Part shown: piece by piece, positions 56,602 through 64,000 of the stretch | Layout of the letters: each line of letters starts with the position of its first letter | Position numbering within the stretch: the first letter of the stretch is position 1 | Assembly (NCBI GenBank): GCA_028286605.1 | Contig: JAQBRE010000002.1 | Coordinates: forward strand, 262,011 to 326,010 | Direction of reading: 5' to 3' | DNA length: 64,000 nt | Source of the DNA: Parcubacteria group bacterium | GTDB lineage: Bacteria; Patescibacteriota; Minisyncoccia; Phycocordibacterales; Phycocordibacteraceae | The notes under the pieces: model-generated | What the model was told of the DNA's origin: nothing | Database searches by the model: none | The model's input: only the letters and a program-made list of their open reading frames with translations | Translations under genes and position numbers: made by a program

Positions 56602-57039
56602 TCACTTCGCAGTGATTTTCTCGGGCAATAGTTCCTGAACAAGGTTCACTCTAGCCCGTAGATTTCTCTGGTAGTCAGCCAGCGTATCTTGAACGGATTC
56701 CATGACACCCAGAAAGAACGCTTCTGAAAGAGGGCGTTCACGCCCGCCAACATGGGTGCCGAACTGAAATTCACATTCGAACTTTTGAACGTTAGGTACC
56801 GTCAGTACGACTTTCACATCATATTTGTAATACCAGCCGCACTCTCGACCCCATGCCTTCCATGGAATTATTTTAATCAATTCCACACAGAGGCGCAGCT
56901 TCGGGTCGAGCGCTCTTAGGAAGCGTGAGCATCCGGAAGTCAGCCTGGCGAGCTGCTGTGCACTGATTAGTTCATCGCAATATGCACCGTTCGGGCTTTG
57001 GACGATGCGGTTGGTTATGCTAATGATCACATCACTCAT
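56602..57039 (-). CDS. hypothetical protein
   Basis: AAGGAG RBS before MSDVII; terminator-like hairpin downstream. Confidence 0.65.
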   Translation of the reverse strand: MSDVIISITNRIVQSPNGAYCDELISAQQLARLTSGCSRFLRALDPKLRLCVELIKIIPWKAWGRECGWYYKYDVKVVLTVPNVQKFECEFQFGTHVGGRERPLSEAFFLGVMESVQDTLADYQRNLRARVNLVQELLPEKITAK

Positions 57040-57374
57040 TTCAATCTCCTTTGGGCCATAGACCCGTTCGGCCTGCTCTCTGTATGAAGCAGGTAAGGAG
57101 ACTGTGCTCCTTTGAAGCGGGTTAGTCAATTAGCACAAAGATTCCAACATCTTTCAGCAGACAGCTAGCACAGAGCTTGCGTTTTTAGAGGATATCTGTC
57201 ATACTGGGCTCACAACCGTTTTCTAGTTTATACGTCTTGAGAGGGTATAAAGCCGCTGCTTAAGACCGGGTTCAATTGGTTTCCAAGGAACGACCCCGAA
57301 ACTCTCGAGACGTTTGTTTTACTCTTCTGGCTCCATGCACAGGCGTTCCAGCCAGGAACCCAAAACAACAATAA

Positions 57375-58712
57375 ATGACAACAACATACATGCGGCGCAA
57401 TGACGGCCGCCGCAACCCGTTCGAGCGCGATGGCGCTCGTTCATCGGGCCGTCCCACTAGCAATAATCGTTCTAGCTCATCCCGTTCTTCGGGCTCTTCA
57501 GATCGTCGCTCATCGGGCGGCCGCTCTGATTTCGGAGGTCGTGGAGGAGGTAACCGTTCTTCAGGCGCTCGTCCTTCTCGCGGAGGTCGCGGTTTCCAGG
57601 AGATGTCAGTAGACCTCTCGAAGCTCGTTAATAAGGCTGTCGAAGGATTCGTGCCTGAGGTATACGTACCGACGCACCAATTCATCGATTTCCCCGTAGA
57701 CGATCGCCTCAAGGCGAACATCATCTCGAAGGGATACGTTACTCCTACGCCGATTCAGGATCAGTCGATCCCGGTCGTGCTGAAGGGAAGCGACATCGTC
57801 GGTATCGCGAATACCGGAACCGGCAAGACTGCTGCGTTCCTTATTCCGCTTATCGATAAGGTTCTCAAGATGCGTGCAGCTGGCATCGAGGAGCGCGTGC
57901 TCATCATGGTTCCGACCCGTGAGCTCGCTATCCAGATCGAACAGGAATTCTACGGCTTCGCTAAGCAGCTCGGCATCAACTCGGTCGTCGTCGTCGGTGG
58001 TGCAGGTATCGAGCCTCAGGTTCGCGGCCTTCGCCGCAAGCCGAACTTCGTTATCGGTACGCCAGGACGCTTGAAGGACTTGATGGAGCGCCGTGAACTG
58101 GACCTTTCTAAGTTCCAGACCGTCGTTCTTGATGAGGCAGACCGCATGCTCGATATGGGTTTCATCCAGGACATGCGCCACATCATGAGCTTCATGCTTG
58201 ATAACCGCCACACGCTCTTTTTCTCGGCTACGCTTTCACGCGACATCGAGAAGCTGATCGGTGAATTCCTCAACAATCCTGTCCGTATCTCGGTTAAGAC
58301 CCGCGACACTGCAGCGACCGTTGATCAGGACGTCATCCGTGTGCCGAACGGCCAGAAGCTCGAGACGCTTATCAACCTGCTCAAGCAGCCAGGTTTCGAT
58401 AAGGTTCTCGTCTTCGGACGTACCAAGCACGGCGTCGAGCGTCTTGCCCGCGATCTTAACCAGGCGGGAATCAAATCTGATTCCATCCATGGCGACAAGA
58501 CGCACGGCAAGCGCCAGAAGGCTCTCGGCCTGTTCAAGCAGAATCAGGTGAACGTGCTCGTTGCGACTGACGTTGCCGCTCGCGGCCTCGACATCAGCGG
58601 CGTTTCGCACGTGATCAACTTCGATCTGCCTGCGACATATGAGGACTACACGCACCGTATCGGACGTACCGGACGCGCGGGTCAGACTGGTTCTGCGCTT
58701 ACGTTCATCTAA
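57375..58712 (+). CDS. DEAD-box RNA helicase with RS/G-rich N-terminal extension
   Basis: TPIQ, TGTGKT, PTRELA, DEAD, SAT, HRIGRTGRAG. Confidence 0.97.
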   Translation: MTTTYMRRNDGRRNPFERDGARSSGRPTSNNRSSSSRSSGSSDRRSSGGRSDFGGRGGGNRSSGARPSRGGRGFQEMSVDLSKLVNKAVEGFVPEVYVPTHQFIDFPVDDRLKANIISKGYVTPTPIQDQSIPVVLKGSDIVGIANTGTGKTAAFLIPLIDKVLKMRAAGIEERVLIMVPTRELAIQIEQEFYGFAKQLGINSVVVVGGAGIEPQVRGLRRKPNFVIGTPGRLKDLMERRELDLSKFQTVVLDEADRMLDMGFIQDMRHIMSFMLDNRHTLFFSATLSRDIEKLIGEFLNNPVRISVKTRDTAATVDQDVIRVPNGQKLETLINLLKQPGFDKVLVFGRTKHGVERLARDLNQAGIKSDSIHGDKTHGKRQKALGLFKQNQVNVLVATDVAARGLDISGVSHVINFDLPATYEDYTHRIGRTGRAGQTGSALTFI

Positions 58713-58732
58713 TTCCTATAAAATAAGGAACG

Positions 58733-58765
58733 ACAAAGCCCGGCTGCTACGCAGCCGGGCTTTGT
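58733..58765 (+). terminator. intrinsic terminator
   Basis: ACAAAGCCCGGCTGC-TAC-GCAGCCGGGCTTTGT. Confidence 0.8.
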
Positions 58766-58770
58766 TTGTA

Positions 58771-58798
58771 TTGACATTGTATATACAACGTATATACT
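58771..58798 (+). promoter_or_regulatory. TA operon promoter with palindromic operator
   Basis: TTGACA-N16-TATACT with TTGTATATACAA palindrome between the boxes. Confidence 0.75.
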
Positions 58799-58804
58799 CA
58801 CTCT

Positions 58805-59068
58805 ATGGCTACAAACGCAATATTAACTATACGAACTGACAGTTCTGTAAAACGCGCAGCACAAAAGGCAGCGAAGGATCTTGGCGTTCCTCTTTCAGTA
58901 ATTGTGAACGCATCACTCCGCGCATTCATACGCAACCCGCGTATAGAACTAGAACCCTATACTCCTAACGCACGAACACGTCGAGCACTAGATGCTGCTC
59001 GTAAATCAGCAGCGAAATCAAAGACATACAATTCAGTCGAAGAACTCATTTCCGGTCTAAAGAAGTAA
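58805..59068 (+). CDS. RelB/DinJ-family antitoxin
   Basis: RHH N-terminus ILTIRTD...LGVPLS; PNARTRRAL; YNSVEELI. Confidence 0.85.
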   Translation: MATNAILTIRTDSSVKRAAQKAAKDLGVPLSVIVNASLRAFIRNPRIELEPYTPNARTRRALDAARKSAAKSKTYNSVEELISGLKK

Positions 59069-59072
59069 TTTC

Positions 59073-59336
59073 ATGCGCTTCAACCCCTCGAAGCGCTTTG
59101 AAAAGCAGTACGCCAAGCTTTCTGTAAGGACACAAGATAAAATCACTGAAAAGTTGAATTTGTTTGTTAAAAATCAGTCTGATCCTGTGCTTGAGAATCA
59201 CATGCTGAAAGGAAAATATAAAGGTTATCGAAGTATTAACATTACGGGAGATTTACGACTTATATACGAACAAACTAGCCCAGACAGCGTTTGGCTCCTT
59301 CTTGTTGGGACACACCACGAGCTATACGGCTCCTAG
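59073..59336 (+). CDS. RelE/YafQ-family mRNA interferase toxin
   Basis: NHMLKGKY..YRSINITGDLRLIY...GTHHELY. Confidence 0.9.
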   Translation: MRFNPSKRFEKQYAKLSVRTQDKITEKLNLFVKNQSDPVLENHMLKGKYKGYRSINITGDLRLIYEQTSPDSVWLLLVGTHHELYGS

Positions 59337-59395
59337 GTATGGGGATAGGGCATTTGACGGCCTAGAAAATCGTTATACTTACTAGGCGAAGGCTC

Positions 59396-59680
59396 ATGGA
59401 TCCATTCCTGCAGATGCATATCTTCTTTTTCGTCACTACGGTCGTCGTGGTGATATTCGGTGTGCTTTCGTGCGTCGCGCTCGTGTATCTTGTTCTTCTC
59501 TTCCGTACACTAAATCGTTTTGCGAATACCGTGCACGAAGAAACCGAAGAGATACGAGCGGACTTAGATGATATGCGTAGGAAAGCGAAACGTGAGGGGC
59601 TTCGTCTCGGGCATTTGATTACGTTCTTTGGGAAGACCGCGAAGCGCGCAAAGAAAAAGGTGCACGCATCGCTTGATTAA
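59396..59680 (+). CDS. membrane-anchored hypothetical protein
   Basis: N-terminal TM plus coiled coil. Confidence 0.7.
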   Translation: MDPFLQMHIFFFVTTVVVVIFGVLSCVALVYLVLLFRTLNRFANTVHEETEEIRADLDDMRRKAKREGLRLGHLITFFGKTAKRAKKKVHASLD

Positions 59681-59699
59681 TTATTTTTGTAACTAGCAT

Positions 59700-60191
59700 A
59701 TGGCAACTAAGAAAACAGCGAAGAAATCAAGTAAGAAAGGACAGAGTAAGGGGATGGTAGCTGCAGAGATAGGCGCCGGCGTCGTCGCAGCAGGTGCAGC
59801 GGCAGCAGCGGGGTATTACTTCTACGGCGACAAGAAAGCGAAGAAGCATCGCCAGGCTGCAAGCAAATGGGCGAAGGGTATGAAGACGCAGGTCGTTAAG
59901 GAAGCGAAGAAAGTACAGAAGCTTGATCAGAAGACGATGGCCGCTATCATCGATAGCGCCGCTATGGCATACGCAGGCGCACGTTCCGTTAATGCTGCAG
60001 ACGTGAAGCAGGCAGCTTCTGAACTCAAGCAGCACTGGCAGACCATCCAGAAGGAGGTTTCTTCTGAAGGACGCAGCGTGAAGAAAGCAGTTAAGAAGGC
60101 CGCGAAGGCAGGAGCAAAGAAGGTCGCTAAGAAGGCAGTGAAAAAGGCTGCCCCTAAGAAAGCAGCGAAGAAATCCCCAAAGAAGCGCTAA
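59700..60191 (+). CDS. Lys/Ala-rich protein with a central hydrophobic segment
   Basis: AAAAAGYYFYG; C-terminal KKA repeats. Confidence 0.75.
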   Translation: MATKKTAKKSSKKGQSKGMVAAEIGAGVVAAGAAAAAGYYFYGDKKAKKHRQAASKWAKGMKTQVVKEAKKVQKLDQKTMAAIIDSAAMAYAGARSVNAADVKQAASELKQHWQTIQKEVSSEGRSVKKAVKKAAKAGAKKVAKKAVKKAAPKKAAKKSPKKR

Positions 60192-60217
60192 AGGCGGTTG
60201 TGATACGATAGACAGAT

Positions 60218-60937
60218 ATGGAAAATACAAAAAGTGCATTCATGGATAAGTATCTGACGCCGCTGGCCATATTCGTGGCTGCGATAATTATCGCTCTTGC
60301 TCTTATTTACGGACATATTGGTGGTGTCGCTACAGGAGGAACAGGGGCACCAACCGCGCCTGCAGTGGCAGTGAACATCAAGGATGTGAAGACAGATGGC
60401 GACCCATTCATCGGCCCCGCGAATGCGCCGACGACCGTCGCGCTCTTCTACGACTACCAGTGTCCGTTCTGCAAGCAGTTCGAGCAGGGCGTTACGCCGC
60501 AGCTCATCACGAACTACGTGAGCACAGGCAAGACGAAGATCGTCTTTAAGGACTTCCAGTTCCTGGGTGCTGATTCCACGACCGCCGCGCTCTTCGCACG
60601 TGCAGTCTGGGCTACGTATCCAGACCAGTTCTACCCTTGGTTCATGGCTATGTTCAACGCACAGGATCAGGAAGGCGACACGGGCTTCGGAAACCTCGCA
60701 TCCATCGAGACGCTTACGAAGACCATTCCAGGCATCGACGTAACGAAGGTGGAGGCGAACATGAACGCGAATAAGGATGCGTACCAGAAGGCAGTCGATG
60801 CAGATCGCGCCGAGGGCGCAGCCCTCGGCATCAACGGTACGCCAAGCATCATCGTCGGTACGAAGCTCTTCACGGGCCTCTCGACGGCTGCGTATTACAG
60901 CGGTATCTCTGCTGAACTCAACAGCGAGTTGAAGTAA
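60218..60937 (+). CDS. DsbA-family thioredoxin-fold protein
   Basis: DYQCPFC, GINGTP. Confidence 0.9.
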   Translation: MENTKSAFMDKYLTPLAIFVAAIIIALALIYGHIGGVATGGTGAPTAPAVAVNIKDVKTDGDPFIGPANAPTTVALFYDYQCPFCKQFEQGVTPQLITNYVSTGKTKIVFKDFQFLGADSTTAALFARAVWATYPDQFYPWFMAMFNAQDQEGDTGFGNLASIETLTKTIPGIDVTKVEANMNANKDAYQKAVDADRAEGAALGINGTPSIIVGTKLFTGLSTAAYYSGISAELNSELK

Positions 60938-61055
60938 TCAAACACAGATGGTTTTAAGAAAAGCCGCCCCAAAGGGGCGGCTTTTCGCTATCCCCACGCA
61001 TCCTTAATTTTGCCTATGCTATAGCTAATAGGCATTATCAGGCTAATAAAATTCT

Positions 61056-61607
61056 ATGCCTAATTATCGTCTGCTCGCTATTTCAGGAAGTCTCAGAAAA
61101 GATTCTATCAATACGCACCTTGTTAATGCATTCATCGCGAACGCACCGGAAGGAACGACTATCGAGATGCTCGATTGGTCTGAAACGCCGATCTTCAATC
61201 AGGATGACGAAGCGTCATTTCCTGCCTATGTAACCGCCCTTAAGGAAAAGATCAGTGCAGCAGACGGTGTCATCGTCGTTACGCCTGAATATAATCGTTC
61301 TGTTCCGGGTGCTCTTAAGAACATGCTCGATTGGACGAGTCGTCCGTGGAGTCAGTCTGCATGGAAGGACAAGCCGGTATACACTGCGGGCGCTACTGGC
61401 GGCGCGGTCGGTACGGCGCTTGCGCAGGATGACGTGAAGAAATTCATGCATTTCAACTCAGCACTGATTATGGGTCAGCCGGAATTCTATATGACCGGTG
61501 CGCCTGCAAAGTTCGATGAAGCGGGTACTCTTATAGACGAAGAGACGAAGAAGCATATTGTGAGCGGACTCACGGCATTCGCAGCTTTCATCGAAAAAGT
61601 TAGTTAG
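61056..61607 (+). CDS. NADPH-dependent FMN reductase
   Basis: SGSLRKDSIN, TPEYNRSVPGALKNMLDW. Confidence 0.93.
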   Translation: MPNYRLLAISGSLRKDSINTHLVNAFIANAPEGTTIEMLDWSETPIFNQDDEASFPAYVTALKEKISAADGVIVVTPEYNRSVPGALKNMLDWTSRPWSQSAWKDKPVYTAGATGGAVGTALAQDDVKKFMHFNSALIMGQPEFYMTGAPAKFDEAGTLIDEETKKHIVSGLTAFAAFIEKVS

Positions 61608-61630
61608 AATAGACGCGCTATACTAGATGC

Positions 61631-61858
61631 ATGGAGGAACCGAAACCAGGCATCTATTATCACTTCAAGCACCCAGAACTTCACTATGAAGTTCTGGGTG
61701 TCGCGCTGCATATCGAAACCGAAGAGAAGATGGTCGTATATCAACGCACCTTCGACGATCATCAGATCTTCGTGCGCCCGCTCGCGATGTTCATGGAAGA
61801 AGTCGATAAGCCCGAGCTCAACTATAAAGGTCTGCGGTTTGTATATGTGAGCCCGTAA
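61631..61858 (+). CDS. DUF1653-domain protein
   Basis: GIYYHFK...VVY...FVRPLAMF. Confidence 0.85.
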   Translation: MEEPKPGIYYHFKHPELHYEVLGVALHIETEEKMVVYQRTFDDHQIFVRPLAMFMEEVDKPELNYKGLRFVYVSP

Positions 61859-61897
61859 CCTATAATTAACGTACGAATTATTAAATTTCTATTACAC

Positions 61898-64000
61898 ATG
61901 TTTACAAAGAAGCATCTTATTCCCGCTCTATCTTTTTCACTCGTACTCCTTATATCTTTTGGAGTGTACTCGCATGTTGCTAATGCGGCTACGAGCATTG
62001 CGGTTTCCTCTGCAACGCTTGCTGCAGACGGCAGAACGCTAACGGTACACATGACAGGCGTGACAGGAAGCCTCTCGCCTGCGACCGCTATCACGAACTT
62101 CTCGGTCGCACAGGGCGGGGTACCGGTAGTCATCTCCACAGCTACCTCGAGCGCAACGACGGTAACGCTCGTTCTCAGCGGACCGATAGTATCGACCGCT
62201 ACGGTTACCGTGAACCTTGCCAGCGGTAACCTGACCGATACCGGAAGCGACACGGTCATTACGAGTAGCGGAAATGCCGTTACGAACAGTAGTACCGTTA
62301 CCGCAACCACGTTCGCATTTTCTAATGCGGTAATTACGCAGGGCGGGCAATTCGGCGCCTGGGGAAACATGTCTGGCCACTCGATGCTCACCAGCTTCGG
62401 TGCCGAAAGCCGAATAGATTTCGAAGTAACCGGAACCAGTGCAACGATGCAGTATTTCTACGCATCGGATGTTGGCGATATAACAGTCACCGTTGCGAAC
62501 GCAGACGGATCAGGTGCAACCACTGTTACACCGACACTTCCAACGGGTGCACTGACATCGAACGTATCGTTATTCTCTGGAAAACCCGACGCGACCTACC
62601 GAGTCAGTGTCGTATTCCATGGACAAGGAGTATTTTTGTTTGACGGAACCTCGTTCCTCTCTGTAACTGGATCGGCACCCGCGCTTTCTGCGTATCCGGG
62701 ATACAGCGGCAACAGCATATATCCCTTTTCCGATCCTTCAGTCACCCCGCATATCGTTATAGAGCCAGGATTCAAGGCTTTAACGGCCCAAGGCTACGCA
62801 GCATATAACGCCCTCATGCCTATTACAGGAGATCAGGTTCAGGCGGATGCCGCATATCGTTTTAAAGGCAGTATTTCCTCACTCTACCTATGGGCCTATG
62901 GCGACGGTGCCAACGTGCATCTTGATGTATATGACGCAACGGGTGCGACGCTTCAGAATAGTTACGATGTCTCTCAAGTCGCTTCTAGTTGGGGAACCTG
63001 GATGCCTGTGGCTTCGGGTATGGACACCTCAACGCAGCACATCTACCGTTTGACGGGTTCGACTAACGCCGGATTCTTGACCTACAGCATCATGACCGTC
63101 GGTGGAACCGGACTCGACCTCACGTGGACTCCTCCATCGCTCGCTTCACTCAGTGTTATTGCTGGCTATGGAGATAGTATTACGGCAGGCAATGTAGGAA
63201 CAAACGGTATGTCATGGCTCGGCTACATCCGTAGCGTTGCACAGAAACTTCCTGGTGCAGGCGGTGGTGCAGCAATTGCGAACTTCGGCTTAGGTGGTGA
63301 CCCTGTAATAGGATCGGGTGATACGCGCTTTACCGACATAACCGGACTCTCTCCTCAACCGAAAACCGTATTCGTGCTCTACGGTATTAACGACATTAAT
63401 GCAGGGGTGTCAACTACTACGTTCGCGGCCTCGTATTCGACCATGGTAAACGGACTCAGTGCTGGTTTGCCTAGTGGCACGAATATCGACTATATGGCGG
63501 TTCTTCCGACGAGCTACGGAGGCGGCAGCGAAACGAAGATTGATCCATTCAATGCAGTCATCGCAAGCATCGTTACTGCGAAGGGAGGACATAATCACTT
63601 CATAAATACGAAGAATTGGAATTTGGGAGGCACTGCCTACCTTACGGGCGGTGCGCTTGATAACACGAATTTCTACGACGGACTGCATCCCAACCCTGCT
63701 GGCTATGTCGTGATGACGAAGTACCTTACTCCATTCGCAGTTACTAATCCGTATAGCGTGAGCGGCCCATCTTCCGGAGCAAACGGAACGGCAAGTGCGA
63801 ACTTCACTGTAACCTTGAATAACGGCGCTGCATTCGACGCGAACGATACGGTCGTTCTTTCAGATGGTGCAAGTGGTGGAACGTTCACTCCTTCGGTCGG
63901 AAGCTTAGGCACTTCGATTGCAACGGTAACGCCGGCACTAAATGCGACCTCATTCACCTTCACCTACACGCCTGCAACGAGCGGAACGAAGACTCTGACC
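61898..64000 (+). CDS. large secreted Ser/Thr-rich protein with an SGNH/GDSL hydrolase domain (runs off the window; not in the ORF track)
   Basis: Signal peptide MFTKKHLI...ANA; in-frame GDSITAG (63170), GIND, DGLHPN. Confidence 0.85.
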   Translation, partial: MFTKKHLIPALSFSLVLLISFGVYSHVANAATSIAVSSATLAADGRTLTVHMTGVTGSLSPATAITNFSVAQGGVPVVISTATSSATTVTLVLSGPIVSTATVTVNLASGNLTDTGSDTVITSSGNAVTNSSTVTATTFAFSNAVITQGGQFGAWGNMSGHSMLTSFGAESRIDFEVTGTSATMQYFYASDVGDITVTVANADGSGATTVTPTLPTGALTSNVSLFSGKPDATYRVSVVFHGQGVFLFDGTSFLSVTGSAPALSAYPGYSGNSIYPFSDPSVTPHIVIEPGFKALTAQGYAAYNALMPITGDQVQADAAYRFKGSISSLYLWAYGDGANVHLDVYDATGATLQNSYDVSQVASSWGTWMPVASGMDTSTQHIYRLTGSTNAGFLTYSIMTVGGTGLDLTWTPPSLASLSVIAGYGDSITAGNVGTNGMSWLGYIRSVAQKLPGAGGGAAIANFGLGGDPVIGSGDTRFTDITGLSPQPKTVFVLYGINDINAGVSTTTFAASYSTMVNGLSAGLPSGTNIDYMAVLPTSYGGGSETKIDPFNAVIASIVTAKGGHNHFINTKNWNLGGTAYLTGGALDNTNFYDGLHPNPAGYVVMTKYLTPFAVTNPYSVSGPSSGANGTASANFTVTLNNGAAFDANDTVVLSDGASGGTFTPSVGSLGTSIATVTPALNATSFTFTYTPATSGTKTLT

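Noticed and set aside
60078-60188. DNA tandem repeat in the KKA-rich region
   Set aside because: Low-complexity protein coding with varied codons, not a nucleotide-level repeat.
1-64000. Recoded genetic code (TGA read as Gly or Trp)
   Set aside because: cyoA, cyoB, ftsX and radC end at TGA at the expected lengths, and conserved genes have no internal TGA.

Overview
Gene-dense bacterial chromosome segment using genetic code 11. It is most consistent with a Patescibacteria/CPR (Parcubacteria-like) genome; this is an inference from the short RF2, scarce Shine-Dalgarno sites and general gene style. Housekeeping content: cyoABCDE quinol oxidase, prfB, ftsEX, pyrG, trhO, radC, a lexA-like gene with dinB, RND and MFS efflux, mltG, typA, a DEAD-box helicase, a RelBE-type TA pair and three tRNAs. 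Four things stand out. (1) Directly behind tRNA-Gln is a tandem array of six 0.5-0.8 kb essentially single-gene cassettes (14727-18791). They are separated by a conserved ~30-63 bp junction motif that shares a CAGCT core with the tRNA 3' end, shows the 5-bp offset typical of serine-integrase attP versus attB, and has no recombinase in the window. (2) A cluster of ThiF adenylyltransferase, FeeM-like acyl synthase, 7TM histidine kinase and OmpR-type regulator (38043-42587) has a promoter with four 11-bp-spaced direct repeats. The same promoter architecture recurs upstream of radC and of a tRNA-like RNA, suggesting a quorum-sensing-like regulon. (3) That tRNA-like RNA is preceded by a separately promoted small RNA complementary to it. 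(4) There is a bacterial homologue of the eukaryotic PHPT1/Janus phosphohistidine phosphatase. All calls were made by eye from the sequence; no database searches were run.
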